Shown here in pieces: positions 9,857-23,234 of a stretch of DNA of 64,000 nucleotides. The notes under the pieces were generated by a model. The model ran no database searches, was not told where the DNA came from, and worked only from the letters and a program-made list of their open reading frames with translations. The DNA is from an uncultured Gammaproteobacteria bacterium (GTDB lineage: Bacteria > Patescibacteriota > Microgenomatia > Levybacterales > GWA1-39-11): NCBI GenBank assembly GCA_964472415.1, contig CAYYLC010000001.1:239194-303193 (forward strand). The letters are read 5' to 3'. Both the position numbers and the translations under genes were made by a program. Position 1 is the first letter of the stretch. Each line of letters opens with the position of its first letter.

Positions 9857-10888
9857 ATGAAAAAATCTCCGAGAAAGAAGAAAATACTGTTTCTTGCAAG
9901 ATTGTTCTTTCCTCATATCGGCGGTGTTGAGAAGCACCTTTTCAAAGTATCGGAAAAACTTCAACAGCTTGATTACGAAGTTACGATCATTACGGAACAG
10001 TATGATAAGTCTCTCCCACTCCGAGAGGATCGATATGGACTTTCCATAATTCGGATACCTACTTCTTCAGGGGAAAGAATGAAAAAATTTCAGATCTGGA
10101 AATGGATGATAAGAAACAGAAGTTTTATTAGCAAATTCGATATTATCCACGTCCATGACGTATTTTACTGGTTATATCCATTACTTATAGGATTAGATAG
10201 GAAGAATATCTTTATGACATTCCATGGATATGAGGGTTATCCAATCACACTTCGTCAAAAATTGCATCGAAAAATTGCCGAAAAATTATCTCGGAGGAAT
10301 ATCTGTGTTGGAGATTTTATGAGGAAATGGTACGGGACAAATCCTGATATAGTGATATATGGTGCAGCAGAGGAGAATACTTCGGAAGCAAATAGAATAA
10401 AGAAGTATTCAGCATTATTTTTTGGGCGCCTGGATGATCAGACCGGTATTGAAGAGTATTATGCTGCTTTTCAGAGAATTAGAAAAAAATATAAGAATTT
10501 CGTATTTCAGGTGATAGGTGAGGGTAAATATAAGAAAAAGTTAGACGGAGTGCGGGTTAAGCCATTTGATAAAGAAGTGGATAAAAAAATTACTCAATTC
10601 CAGTTTGTATTTGTATCACGGTACCTTTCTATGCTTGAGGCTATGCTGAACAGGAGAGTCATTATTGCAGTATATGATAATCCAGTGAAGCGAGACTATC
10701 TCTACGATTCACCTTTTGCAAAGCATATTGAAATCTGTAAAAGCTCTGATGAAGTGTATCAGAAAGTAGATTTTTACATCAATAATCCCCAAGAAGAAAA
10801 GAAAAAAATAGAAGCTGCATATAGATGGGCAAAAAAGCAAACTTGGGAAAAGGTAGCACAAGACTATAGAAATTTATGGAGCGTATGA
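9857..10888 (+). CDS. Glycosyltransferase family 4 (GT-B)
   Basis: FFPHIGGVEKH, DIIHVHD, FFGRL, LEAM, TWEKVA. Confidence 0.85.
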   Translation: MKKSPRKKKILFLARLFFPHIGGVEKHLFKVSEKLQQLDYEVTIITEQYDKSLPLREDRYGLSIIRIPTSSGERMKKFQIWKWMIRNRSFISKFDIIHVHDVFYWLYPLLIGLDRKNIFMTFHGYEGYPITLRQKLHRKIAEKLSRRNICVGDFMRKWYGTNPDIVIYGAAEENTSEANRIKKYSALFFGRLDDQTGIEEYYAAFQRIRKKYKNFVFQVIGEGKYKKKLDGVRVKPFDKEVDKKITQFQFVFVSRYLSMLEAMLNRRVIIAVYDNPVKRDYLYDSPFAKHIEICKSSDEVYQKVDFYINNPQEEKKKIEAAYRWAKKQTWEKVAQDYRNLWSV

Positions 10889-11829
10889 AAGTTGGATTTA
10901 TCGCAACAGTTCTTAATGAAGAGAAGACTATTGTACAGTTTCTGGATTCCTTACGAAACCAGACCCTTATCCCGGCAAAAGTCATAATAGTAGATGGAGG
11001 ATCGAAGGATAGAACACTCGATCTTATTAGATCTCATAATATACATACAAAAACCCAAGTCCAGGTTTTTCAAAAAAGAGGGAATATTTCTACTGGGAGA
11101 AACTTTGCTCTCAGAAAAATAGATACAGATATTATTGCAATATCAGACGCTGGGTGTGTTTTAGAGAGAAATTGGGTGAAAAATATTATTGAACCATTCC
11201 AGAAAAAAAATATTGAGATAGTTGCAGGGTTTTATAAGGGACATTTTGAGAATAACTTTCAGAAAAATTTAATTCCTTTTGTATTAGTAATGCCCGATAG
11301 GGTGCGCGATGATTTTCTTCCGGCAGCCCGTTCCATGGCAATACGAAAAAAAATTCTTAAAGATGTTGGGTATTTTTCAGAAAAGCTACCCTATTCAGAG
11401 GATTATGAATTTGCAAGACGGCTTGTGAATCACAACAAAAAAATATTTTTTGCAAAAGAAGCAATAGTTTCCTGGGCACCAAGGAGTAATTTACGGGATA
11501 CATTTCTGATGTTTTATAGATATGCGTATGGAGATGTGCTTGCTGGAACTATTCGGCCTAAAGTCATAGCTCTTTTCGTAAGATATTTTATTATATTTTG
11601 TTTGATTATTTGGGTTCTAACCAAATCTGTATTACTTTCAGGCGTTCTTGTTGCTGCATTTTTTATTTTTTATTCTTTATGGGCAATTTCAAAAAATTAT
11701 AAATATGTTAGAAATATATCTGCAGTTTTCTATTTGCCATTATTTCAATTCATTTCTGATATAGCAGTTATAAATGGTACAATTTTAGGAGGAATAAAGA
11801 ATTTATGGGCTACACAAGAGCAACGATAA
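10876..11829 (+). CDS. Glycosyltransferase family 2 with C-terminal TM helices
   Basis: VLNEEKTI, IVDGGSKD, GRNFAL, SDAG, SEDYEF. Confidence 0.88.
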   Translation: MERMKVGFIATVLNEEKTIVQFLDSLRNQTLIPAKVIIVDGGSKDRTLDLIRSHNIHTKTQVQVFQKRGNISTGRNFALRKIDTDIIAISDAGCVLERNWVKNIIEPFQKKNIEIVAGFYKGHFENNFQKNLIPFVLVMPDRVRDDFLPAARSMAIRKKILKDVGYFSEKLPYSEDYEFARRLVNHNKKIFFAKEAIVSWAPRSNLRDTFLMFYRYAYGDVLAGTIRPKVIALFVRYFIIFCLIIWVLTKSVLLSGVLVAAFFIFYSLWAISKNYKYVRNISAVFYLPLFQFISDIAVINGTILGGIKNLWATQEQR

Positions 11830-13025
11830 AAGGCATCTCATGGATTGCCGGAATTCGAGGCATAACACGAATTATCTCAATAGCGCGGACTGCCATTCTC
11901 GCACGTATTCTTACTCCAAGTGACTTTGGGTTTTTTGCAATTGCGTCACTTGTTCTTACGCTTGTGGAACTTCTTACGGAAACTGGAATAAATGTTGTCT
12001 TAACTCAGAAGAAGGAGGAGATTAATAAATATATTGATACTGCTTGGGTAGTATCAATTCTTCGTGGAGTCTTGATAAGTATGGCCATTTTTATAGCTGC
12101 GCCTTTTATTGCCTCCTTTTTTAATGCAGCGGGAGCGAAGAATTTATTGCTTCTTATTAGCATCGTGCCATTAGTAAGAGGATTTATAAATCCGTCGGTT
12201 GTGAAATTCACAAAAGATTTGCAGTTTAATAAAGAATTTTTTTACCGGGTATCAATTTTTAGTATTGAGTACATGGTGTCTATTGTGTGGGCGATTTTTT
12301 CTCCGTCTGCAGAGAGCCTTGTGATGGGGCTTATTGCAGGTGCTATGATTGAAGTGTTTCTTTCATTTATTCTTGCAAGACCATTTCCGAAAATTTCATT
12401 TGAGAAGAAAAAGTTTTTCGAGATTATTCATGTAGGGAAATGGCTTACTTCTGCAGGTTTGTTGAATTTTGGGTTTGTGAATGGGGACGATATTGTAGTT
12501 GGGAGAGTGCTTGGTGCTACTTCACTGGGATTATACGATATTGCGTATAGATTTTCGATGCTTCCTATTACTGAGGTTTCAGATGTTATTGGGAAAGTGA
12601 CATTTCCTGTATATGTAAAAATTGCAGAAGACAAAAATCGATTATGGAAGGCGTTTCTTAAATCATTTTTTGTTATTGCTGGAGTTTCAATATGTATTGC
12701 AAGTGTTCTCATACTATTTCCTGAGCTCATTATTAAAGTGGCGCTTGGGGATCAGTGGGCAAGCGCTGCACCGATCTTACAGATTCTTGCAATTGTCGGG
12801 ATGTTTCGTGCCATAATTTTTTCCTTGATGACCCCACTTTATGCTTTGGGACTTCAGAAAAAAATGACAATTATTACAGCCGTTAGTTTTATTGGGATGA
12901 TTAGTGTGATTGTCCCCTTGGTATATTATTTCGGTGTTTTGGGAGCGGCATATGCATCTTTGTTTGGAACGATTATCACTCTGCCATATGTGGTGTATCT
13001 CGGAAAGACAATTTTTAAAGTGTAG
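11805..13025 (+). CDS. Wzx/WzxC-like polysaccharide flippase (MOP superfamily)
   Basis: LARILTPSDFG motif, about 12 hydrophobic segments, VGRVLGATSLGLY; lies in the glycan cluster. Confidence 0.88.
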   Translation: MGYTRATIKGISWIAGIRGITRIISIARTAILARILTPSDFGFFAIASLVLTLVELLTETGINVVLTQKKEEINKYIDTAWVVSILRGVLISMAIFIAAPFIASFFNAAGAKNLLLLISIVPLVRGFINPSVVKFTKDLQFNKEFFYRVSIFSIEYMVSIVWAIFSPSAESLVMGLIAGAMIEVFLSFILARPFPKISFEKKKFFEIIHVGKWLTSAGLLNFGFVNGDDIVVGRVLGATSLGLYDIAYRFSMLPITEVSDVIGKVTFPVYVKIAEDKNRLWKAFLKSFFVIAGVSICIASVLILFPELIIKVALGDQWASAAPILQILAIVGMFRAIIFSLMTPLYALGLQKKMTIITAVSFIGMISVIVPLVYYFGVLGAAYASLFGTIITLPYVVYLGKTIFKV

Positions 13026-13044
13026 GTGTTAAGGGGTTCTATCT

Positions 13045-14439
13045 ATGAAAAAGTACTTTTCTATCCATCGTTTAGTTTTTTACTTTGCTCTGATTTTTTT
13101 TGTAATTTTTTATCTATATGGCATTTCTTCTAATATGGTTTTCTTTGGAGATCAGGCATGGTTTTATATTTCGGCGAGGGATTTAATCTTAGGTAGAGAA
13201 TTTCCATTGTTGGGTATTACATCTAGCCATACTTGGATTCATCAGGGGCCAGTGTGGACATATATGTTGGTTCCGGGATTTTTAATCTCCAATTTCCACC
13301 CTTTATCAGGAGTGTATTTATCAGTTGTTTTTGGAATTTTAAGTCTCATTCTTGTATATAAAATTGGGAAAGATTTTTTTTCGCAAAGGTTTGCCATAAT
13401 CTTTTTCCTTTTATATGCATTTTCTCCACTTGTAGTGTTTCACGTACGGCTTTCCTACCACACATCTCCTATCCCATTTGTTGTATTGGGATTGTTCTAT
13501 GCAGCAGGCAAGTGGGTGCAGGGAAATGTGATATATTTTCCCTTAACGCTTTTCGCATTAAGTCTTTTATATAATTTCGAATTGGCAACGGTTATATTCG
13601 TTCCCATAATTTTGTTTCTTCTTCTGTATGGGTTTTTTAAAAGAGAGAAGTTTGTGAGTGGGCTTAGGAGTAAAAAAATAATATTTTTTTCAATTCTTGC
13701 AGTTTTTATTCCTATGCTTCCTATTCTTATTCACGATGTGCAAAATGGCTTTCCTCAAACAGTGGTATTTGCTGGGTGGTTTGGGTATAAATTGTTGCAA
13801 TTTATTGGCATTTTAGAAAAAAATAGCGTTGATAATAGTTCTTTTCAGGAGGGAGTTATTTTTTTCTTTCAAAAATATAAAGAACTACTCTCTGTTCCTT
13901 ATCAATATATTAGTGTGACGGTTTTTCTTGCAAGTGTACTATTTTCGATATATAAAGTTTTTACAACAAAGAACTTTATTTCACCTCTTGGGATAATTCT
14001 TTCATGTACATGCTTAGGCTTACTAGCTTATTTTCTGTCTGGAGTCCCATCAGAGGCATATCTTGTCATGCTGTTTCCAGGGTTGATATTTTGTATTTCT
14101 CTTTTAATTTATGGCTTAAGGAGAAATATTATAATAGGTTTTGTTCTATTTATTTTAATTATTCTCAATGTATATTACATTATTTCTACAAATTATCTAA
14201 CAAAAGGGAAAGTGACAATTTCGAAAAAAATAGCTGTTACTGAAAAGATTTTTCAAAATACAAATGGAAAGAAAGTGGAATTGTTTTATAAAGGCCCTGG
14301 TCAAGAGTTTAAAAGTTCTGTGATGCCATATGAATATTTATTGTGGTGGAGAGCTGGGATAGAAAGCGATCCTGATGGAAAAAGGTGGATTATCAAAGAA
14401 TTGAGAGATACTGTTGTGGTAGAAGAGTTTTATCGGTAA
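13045..14439 (+). CDS. GT-C fold (ArnT/PMT-like) membrane glycosyltransferase
   Basis: FGDQAW acidic motif after TM1, PLLG..HQGP, many TM helices, external C-terminal domain. Confidence 0.7.
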   Translation: MKKYFSIHRLVFYFALIFFVIFYLYGISSNMVFFGDQAWFYISARDLILGREFPLLGITSSHTWIHQGPVWTYMLVPGFLISNFHPLSGVYLSVVFGILSLILVYKIGKDFFSQRFAIIFFLLYAFSPLVVFHVRLSYHTSPIPFVVLGLFYAAGKWVQGNVIYFPLTLFALSLLYNFELATVIFVPIILFLLLYGFFKREKFVSGLRSKKIIFFSILAVFIPMLPILIHDVQNGFPQTVVFAGWFGYKLLQFIGILEKNSVDNSSFQEGVIFFFQKYKELLSVPYQYISVTVFLASVLFSIYKVFTTKNFISPLGIILSCTCLGLLAYFLSGVPSEAYLVMLFPGLIFCISLLIYGLRRNIIIGFVLFILIILNVYYIISTNYLTKGKVTISKKIAVTEKIFQNTNGKKVELFYKGPGQEFKSSVMPYEYLLWWRAGIESDPDGKRWIIKELRDTVVVEEFYR

Positions 14440-14450
14440 TATTAGAGCAT

Positions 14451-15185
14451 ATGAAATTATCTGCAGTAGTTATTGTTAAAAATGAAGAAAAAGATATAGA
14501 AGACTGCTTAAAATCTTTATTATTTTGTGATGAGATAGTTATCATTGATGATGATTCTATAGATAAAACTACAAAAATAGCAAAAAAATATAACGCAAGA
14601 ATTTACCGGAAAACGTTAGCTTCTTTTTCAGATCAGAGAAATTACGGGCTTGAGAAAGCATTACATGATTGGGTTTTATTTATAGATGCCGATGAGAGAG
14701 TAGGAGGGGATTTGCGAGAAGAAATTAAAAATGCTATTTGGAAGGAGTATGATGGGTACTTCATAAAACGAAATGATTTTTTTATTGGGAAAGAGCTTAA
14801 GTATGGGGATTTAAAAAATGTATGGCTGATGCGCCTCGCTAATAAAAAAATGGGGAAGTGGGAGGGTAGAGTTCACGAAGTTTGGAAGATAAAAGGAAAA
14901 ACTGGGAAGTTGAAAAATTCTATTATGCATAATTCGCATACTAATCTTAAAGAGTTTATTCAGAAGATAGACCTCTATTCTACATTGCGCGCTCATGAGT
15001 TAAGAGAAGAAAAAATACCATCGAGTTTGCTCTCAATACTTCTTTATCCATTATCCAAGTTTGCTAAGTTGTATATCTTGAAGCTCGGATTTTTGGATGG
15101 GATCCATGGATTTGTTCATGCAGTTTTTATGAGCATGTATTCCTTTTTAGTTCGTGCAAAGCTATATCTTCCCAATGAAAATTAA
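14451..15185 (+). CDS. Glycosyltransferase family 2 (KdtX/WaaE-like)
   Basis: LSAVVIVKNEE, DDDSID, FSDQRN, IDADE, VHE, GFLDG. ATG 14451 is preferred over the ORF-track start at 14385, which overlaps the upstream gene. Confidence 0.88.
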   Translation: MKLSAVVIVKNEEKDIEDCLKSLLFCDEIVIIDDDSIDKTTKIAKKYNARIYRKTLASFSDQRNYGLEKALHDWVLFIDADERVGGDLREEIKNAIWKEYDGYFIKRNDFFIGKELKYGDLKNVWLMRLANKKMGKWEGRVHEVWKIKGKTGKLKNSIMHNSHTNLKEFIQKIDLYSTLRAHELREEKIPSSLLSILLYPLSKFAKLYILKLGFLDGIHGFVHAVFMSMYSFLVRAKLYLPNEN

Positions 15186-15254
15186 AGTTATGCCTTTTTT
15201 TAGTTCTGGTATCCGGTCTGTTATGTGTGGTAGATTATTGTTTTATATTTTTGT

Positions 15255-16445
15255 ATGAAGAGAATATCAAATACTCTATTTTTTCTAGTTGTGGCGCTTA
15301 TGTTTTTGTCTTCGTTTGGAGTGTTGCTAAGATTTTCGCCAGTAGAGAATGTGTATATTTATCCTCACGATATTGTTGTTGGAATAATAGCTCTTTTGGG
15401 AGTAATTTATTTTTTCTTCTCGAAAAAGAAGAAGAATTTTCAAAAGATTTTTTCTATCGTTATTATTTTTAATATTGTCTCTCTGCTTTCATTATTCTTA
15501 AATTTTTCTCTTCAAAGAAGTGAGCTGATAACGTCGTTTTCGTACCTCTTAAGGTTTGATGCGTATGTAGCACTTTTATTGCTTGCACTTATTCCATTTT
15601 CAAAATCTCAAATGAGAATCCAAAGAGGGCTTTTTATCGGAATAACAATCTTTATTGTGATATTTGGTTTTTTTCAATATTTTTTCTATAACAATTTACG
15701 CAATCTATACTATCTTGGTTGGGATGAGCATTTATATAGGTTATTTTCAGTATTTCTTGACCCGAATTTTGCCGGTTTATTCTTTGCGCTTTTTCTCCTT
15801 GTGCTCTTAGGGCATTTTATTTTTGAGTTTGGATATAATAAATATTTGTATGGTGGAGTATTTGCATTGACTTTTGCAGCTCTGCTTCTTACTTATTCAA
15901 GAACAGCACTTATCTCGTTTTTTTGCGGTGCAGTATTTTTACTTTTGATAAAAAGGAAATATGCTATTTTAGGATGTGGAGTTTTTGTAATGATAGTAGG
16001 AATCCTTTTAGTCTCTGATTTTTCAATTGAAGGAATGAACCCACTAAGGATTGCGTCGAGTGAGGCAAGAGTTCGATCATTTCAGGAATCCTTTTCTATT
16101 TTTCAGAATAATCCTATACTAGGCGTTGGGTTTAATGCATATCGATATGCACAAATAGATGCAGGATTCCGAAGTGAACATGCTCAATTTCCGAGTAATG
16201 CCGATGCAGGAACTGATAATAGCTTGCTTTTTGTTTTAGCGACAACTGGCGTAGTGGGATTTATAGTGTATGTGTTATTTTGGATTCAAATAATAAAACT
16301 TGGTGTTACTTCTCGCAAAAAGGTATCTTTTATAGCAATTATTCTTACTTTTTTTATAGGGAGTCAATTTATTAATGCGTTATTTTTTACACCACTTTTA
16401 TTGTGGGTATTTTTATATACAGTTTTTTTTGTAGTTAGAGACTAG
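15255..16445 (+). CDS. O-antigen ligase/polymerase-like (Wzy_C) membrane protein
   Basis: Multi-TM protein with RLFSVFLDPN, LTYSRTA, PILGVGFN, DNSLLFVLATTGVVG. Confidence 0.8.
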   Translation: MKRISNTLFFLVVALMFLSSFGVLLRFSPVENVYIYPHDIVVGIIALLGVIYFFFSKKKKNFQKIFSIVIIFNIVSLLSLFLNFSLQRSELITSFSYLLRFDAYVALLLLALIPFSKSQMRIQRGLFIGITIFIVIFGFFQYFFYNNLRNLYYLGWDEHLYRLFSVFLDPNFAGLFFALFLLVLLGHFIFEFGYNKYLYGGVFALTFAALLLTYSRTALISFFCGAVFLLLIKRKYAILGCGVFVMIVGILLVSDFSIEGMNPLRIASSEARVRSFQESFSIFQNNPILGVGFNAYRYAQIDAGFRSEHAQFPSNADAGTDNSLLFVLATTGVVGFIVYVLFWIQIIKLGVTSRKKVSFIAIILTFFIGSQFINALFFTPLLLWVFLYTVFFVVRD

Positions 16446-17173
16446 TCTTCGTAGGTAACTTTTATCTCTTTCGTGTTTTTGATTCCAGCTTGATTTACTG
16501 ATTCTATTTTTAAAATGTTCTCTCCTTCATCGAGCTCTAAGAGATAAGAGAATTCACCGTTTTTTTTGACAACTGCACGGAAGCCATTTATAGTAACAGA
16601 GTTATTCTCTTCAGTCTTACCGCTTATGGTAATTCGTCGATCTGCTTTTTTAAAGGTAGAACCATCCGAAGGGTGTGTGATTTCGAGTCCTGGTTTTTCT
16701 GATGTGAGGATAATTTCATGATCATCTGAAAGATTACTTTCTCTATCATCAGTTTGGTATTTTACATTGAGTATATTGCTACCACTTTTAAGATTTACTT
16801 TTCGGAATGTGAAGTTGCCGTTGGATCCTAAATTCGTTTTGTTTACTTCGCTATTGTTAACATAGAGGATGACGCGACCATCTTCATAGGGCGAATTTCC
16901 ATGAATGGTAATTTCTGCGCTTGAGGTAGCATCGGGGATGTTTATTAAATCTGGAGCGGCAAGAAACTCCTCACTAATATCTTCGACAGTTATATTTTCT
17001 TCATCTCCTCGTATTCCAAATACTAAATTACCGAATAGGTTGAGAAAAAATCCTGCAAATTGAATCAGAACTGCGATAACTATAATTGTCCCAATCCCAA
17101 ATATAAGAAATTGTTTTTTACTTTGCTTTTCGGCGTAACGGGTAAGTCTGGATGATCGCTTCTTTCGTGCCAT
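16442..17173 (-). CDS. Membrane-anchored protein with two Ig-like domains
   Basis: Basic N-terminus and one TM, then two beta-rich units ending in LKSGSNILNV and LDEGENILKI. Confidence 0.65.
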   Translation of the reverse strand: MARKKRSSRLTRYAEKQSKKQFLIFGIGTIIVIAVLIQFAGFFLNLFGNLVFGIRGDEENITVEDISEEFLAAPDLINIPDATSSAEITIHGNSPYEDGRVILYVNNSEVNKTNLGSNGNFTFRKVNLKSGSNILNVKYQTDDRESNLSDDHEIILTSEKPGLEITHPSDGSTFKKADRRITISGKTEENNSVTINGFRAVVKKNGEFSYLLELDEGENILKIESVNQAGIKNTKEIKVTYED

Positions 17174-17177
17174 AGGC

Positions 17178-17582
17178 TCACTGTCTTCGTTTTATTTTAT
17201 CAGCAACTTTTAGTTCCATAATAGCCTTTTGTAGTTGTTTTTCCGCCATTATAAAATCTATTTCACTATCTCGTCTTTTCATTCTGTCTTCAGCACGTTT
17301 TTTTGCATCTTGCGCTTGTGCTACCTGGATATTTTCTGCCTTTACTGCGTGGTCTGAAAGAATTGTAATACTGTTATTTTTTATCTCTACAAACCCACCT
17401 ACAGTGGCGATGATTTGTTCTTTTATGCCTTTTTGTATAGAAATAATTCCCTCAGTCATTTTTGTAAAAAGAGCTATATGGTGAGGGAGAATGGTAATCT
17501 CACCCTTTTCAGTAGGAAGAGATACTTGATTTACAGAATCATTGTAAATTGTGCCTTCAGGAGAGACGACGCTTAGGTTCAT
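17178..17582 (-). CDS. atpC: ATP synthase epsilon subunit
   Basis: VVSPEG, GEITILPHH, GGFVEI; operon position. Confidence 0.93.
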   Translation of the reverse strand: MNLSVVSPEGTIYNDSVNQVSLPTEKGEITILPHHIALFTKMTEGIISIQKGIKEQIIATVGGFVEIKNNSITILSDHAVKAENIQVAQAQDAKKRAEDRMKRRDSEIDFIMAEKQLQKAIMELKVADKIKRRQ

Positions 17583-17585
17583 ACG

Positions 17586-19840
<2,255 letters not shown>

Positions 19841-19843
19841 AAT

Positions 19844-21361
19844 TTATTTGAGAAATGTTTTTTTGAATGTTTTTAATGATTCGTCAAGTTCTTTTTGCAT
19901 CTTTTCATCAATTTTCTCTCCTTTTTCGAGACTGCCGATGAGTTTTTTATTTTTAACTTTTACAAAATCTATGAATTTTTCTTCAAATTCCAGAATCCTT
20001 TCTACCGGGACGTCATCAAGCCCTCCAGAAGTGGCGGCATAAATAGAAATGGTCTCAGAGGCTTCATCGAGTGGTGCGTACTGCCTCTGCTTCAGAATCT
20101 CAGTAACTCGTTTTCCACGCTCAATCTTCTTTTGAGTTTCTTCGTCGAGGTCACTTCCAAATTGTACAAAAGCTGCAAGAGATCGGTACTGTGCAAGCTC
20201 TAATCTAAGCGGAGATCCGACTTGTTTCATGGCCTTAGTTTGCGCTGCGCCTCCTACTCGAGATACTGATTGTCCGGCGTTGATTGCGGGTATAATTCCA
20301 CTATTGAATAAATCATTTTCTAGGTAAATTTGCCCGTCGGTAATAGAGATTACATTTGTAGGAATATAGGCAGAGCTATCTCCTGCCTGTGTTTCTATAA
20401 TTGGAAGTGATGTAAGTGATCCTCCGCCTAGTTTTTCTGACATTCGTGATGAACGTTCTAGAAGGCGTGAGTGAAGGTAAAAAATATCTCCTGGATATGC
20501 CTCACGTCCTGCAGGGCGCCTAAGGAGCAGTGAGAGTTGACGGTATGCCCATGCATGCTTTGATAGGTCGTCATAGACCACAAGCACGTCCTGACCTTTT
20601 TCCATGAAGTACTCACCGATTGCTGTTGCGGTAAAAGGTGCAAGGAATTGGAATGCTGCAGGATCTGATGCACTTGCAGCAACCACTATGCTGTAGTCTA
20701 TTGCGCCTTCAGATTCGAGTCTGCCTATGATTTGTGCGATATTGCTTCGCTTTTGTCCTATTGGGCAATATATGCAAATTACTGGTTTCAAGCCAAGATC
20801 GTGCTTCCTTTGGTTAATAATCGTATCTATTGCAAGCGCAGTTTTTCCCGTATTTCTATCACCGATAATAAGCTCTCTTTGGCCACGGCCGATTGGGATC
20901 ATTGCATCAATTGCTTTAATACCAGTTTTGAGTGGCGTGTCGACTGGCTCTCGTTCTACAATTCCAGGGGCAATTTTTTCTAATGGATATGCGTCTCCTT
21001 TTAGCTCAATTTTCTTTCCATCAAGGGGATTTTGGAGCGGATCAATAACTCTTCCAATAAGATTATCTGTGCCAATGATAGAGAGAATTTTTCCAGTAGA
21101 TTTCACTTCGTCTCCTTCTTTAATTGTTGTAGTATTGCTAAGCAAGATTATTGCCGCATAATCTTCATCTAGGTTAAAGGCAAGTCCGGTTGTTCCATTT
21201 TTAAATTCGACAATCTCTCCAAATCCGACTCGAGAGAGTCCGCTTACCTGTACAATTCCATCTCCAACCGTTTCTACGTACCCGACATTTTCCAATTTCG
21301 GATCGTGGTTTACCGATGTGAGTCGTTCTTCTATCTGTTTTATAAGTTCTTCTGTTTTCAT
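19844..21361 (-). CDS. atpA: ATP synthase alpha subunit
   Basis: [41 protein letters not shown]. Confidence 0.98.
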   Translation of the reverse strand: MKTEELIKQIEERLTSVNHDPKLENVGYVETVGDGIVQVSGLSRVGFGEIVEFKNGTTGLAFNLDEDYAAIILLSNTTTIKEGDEVKSTGKILSIIGTDNLIGRVIDPLQNPLDGKKIELKGDAYPLEKIAPGIVEREPVDTPLKTGIKAIDAMIPIGRGQRELIIGDRNTGKTALAIDTIINQRKHDLGLKPVICIYCPIGQKRSNIAQIIGRLESEGAIDYSIVVAASASDPAAFQFLAPFTATAIGEYFMEKGQDVLVVYDDLSKHAWAYRQLSLLLRRPAGREAYPGDIFYLHSRLLERSSRMSEKLGGGSLTSLPIIETQAGDSSAYIPTNVISITDGQIYLENDLFNSGIIPAINAGQSVSRVGGAAQTKAMKQVGSPLRLELAQYRSLAAFVQFGSDLDEETQKKIERGKRVTEILKQRQYAPLDEASETISIYAATSGGLDDVPVERILEFEEKFIDFVKVKNKKLIGSLEKGEKIDEKMQKELDESLKTFKKTFLK

Positions 21362-21363
21362 AG

Positions 21364-21711
21364 TTATAGCGCTTTGAGATTGTTTTTAACAAGCCCGGAT
21401 ACAGTATAATTGACTACTAGGTCATTGTCGACTATCTCAATGCCTCCTCCCAATGTTGCATCGTGGATATACTGGATATTTTTATCTGCATATTTTTTTT
21501 CTAACTCCCGTTTGATATTATCAGGAATAGTTCCGGCGTGTTTCACTGTGATATTTTTGTGTGCATATGTTTTTTTCAAGTTCCTTAAGAACATTTTGAG
21601 TTCTTCTTTGCTAAGATTCTTCAAAATATAATCAGTAAGTTTTCTATCTATGTTTCCATCTTTTTCGATTGCTTCTTTTGTAATAAATTGTAGTGTTTTG
21701 TTTCGTATCAT
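21364..21711 (-). CDS. atpH: ATP synthase delta subunit (short form)
   Basis: Lies between atpF and atpA; [10 protein letters not shown] resembles the delta C-terminal motif; only 115 aa. Confidence 0.75.
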   Translation of the reverse strand: MIRNKTLQFITKEAIEKDGNIDRKLTDYILKNLSKEELKMFLRNLKKTYAHKNITVKHAGTIPDNIKRELEKKYADKNIQYIHDATLGGGIEIVDNDLVVNYTVSGLVKNNLKAL

Positions 21712-22208
21712 AGTGATTTTATTCTTTCTAGACTTCTTTTCAGGATCTCATCTCGTTCCTTGTTCGTAAAGAGTTCTGATATTACATTTCTCAAGATTTT
21801 TTCTGATGCTTGAATTGCAATATTTGAAATATCCTTTTCGATTGCGGCCTTTTCTAGTGTTGCTTGTTGTCGGGCATTTTCTATTATTCTTTCTGCTTCT
21901 TTTCTGGAATCAGTAAGAATTCTTTCGCTTTCTAGGAGGGCACTTTTTTTTGCACCGTTAACAATTTTTTCACCTTCTTTTGTAGCTTTTGCAAGGATAG
22001 TATCGCTTTTTTCCTCAGCAAGAGCCAATGCTTTTTCAGCATTCTCAGCATCTTCTAGTCCTTTTCGTATATCCTCCTCGCGTTTCTTGACCATTTTTAG
22101 TAATGGTTTGTAAAGAAACTTTTTAAACAAAAAGGCAAGAATAAGAAAGTTAATAATTTGTGCTACAAAAAGCCGCAAATCAAATCCGAATTCTGATAAT
22201 ATTTCCAT
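21708..22208 (-). CDS. atpF: ATP synthase b subunit
   Basis: AQIINFLIL..KFLYKP, followed by a coiled coil. Confidence 0.93.
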   Translation of the reverse strand: MEILSEFGFDLRLFVAQIINFLILAFLFKKFLYKPLLKMVKKREEDIRKGLEDAENAEKALALAEEKSDTILAKATKEGEKIVNGAKKSALLESERILTDSRKEAERIIENARQQATLEKAAIEKDISNIAIQASEKILRNVISELFTNKERDEILKRSLERIKSL

Positions 22209-22217
22209 AATTCCTTT

Positions 22218-22427
<210 letters not shown>

Positions 22428-23168
22428 TTAATGCCCACCTCCTTCCGAATGTGGCGTGCTTAACACAGCCATAAATACCATTGTAAGCATCGAGAATACA
22501 AGCGCTTGTACAAATGCAATTATTGTTTCTAGCATAACAAAAGGAAGCGGTGCAAGAAATGCAAATAATCCAGAAATTGTTACTAGGACTACCTCTCCTG
22601 CAAATATATTACCAAAAAGTCTGAAAGAAAGTGAGACTATTTTTACAAACTCTAAAACGAATTCTAAAATTCCAATAAATAAGTTCACTGGATTAAACGA
22701 TAAAAACTTTTTGGTGTATTCTACAGCTCCTAAAATATTGATACTGAGAAAATGAGTTGCCACGACTGAAACAGTTCCCAGTGCAAGAGTCATGTTGAAA
22801 TCTGTAGTTGCTGCTCGAAATAGCGGGATAATTGCGTGATTATCATGATGGTGGTCTACAATACCAAATGCTGTGATTCCAGGTAGTAATCCGAAAAGAT
22901 TTGTTACTGCAATAACAATAAAAAATGTTGCAAACCATGGAAAAATTTTCATAGCTCGACTTCCGGATATTTGCTCGGTGAGAGAGTAGAAATAGAGGAG
23001 GATAGGCTCTATGAAGGACTGTGTTCCGGTAGGTGCGGTTGTGATTCGGCGAGCAAAAACATAGAGCATGATGAGCAGAACTGCATCAACTGCAATAGTT
23101 GCAAGTATCGTATTAGTAACTGGAAACCCAGCTAGCTCTGTTATAAGTTCTGGTTGTAATGAGGCCAT
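22428..23168 (-). CDS. atpB: ATP synthase a subunit
   Basis: SLSFRLFGNIFAGE, FVQALVFSML. Confidence 0.95.
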   Translation of the reverse strand: MASLQPELITELAGFPVTNTILATIAVDAVLLIMLYVFARRITTAPTGTQSFIEPILLYFYSLTEQISGSRAMKIFPWFATFFIVIAVTNLFGLLPGITAFGIVDHHHDNHAIIPLFRAATTDFNMTLALGTVSVVATHFLSINILGAVEYTKKFLSFNPVNLFIGILEFVLEFVKIVSLSFRLFGNIFAGEVVLVTISGLFAFLAPLPFVMLETIIAFVQALVFSMLTMVFMAVLSTPHSEGGGH

Positions 23169-23234
23169 ATAAAAGATATATTTATGAGCTTACAGAATGC
23201 CCTTATTGTAAACAAGTAAGAAATAATAGTCAAC

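Noticed and set aside
13436-13450. TGTTTCACGT, a parS-like half site
   Set aside because: The second arm does not match and it lies inside a CDS; likely chance.
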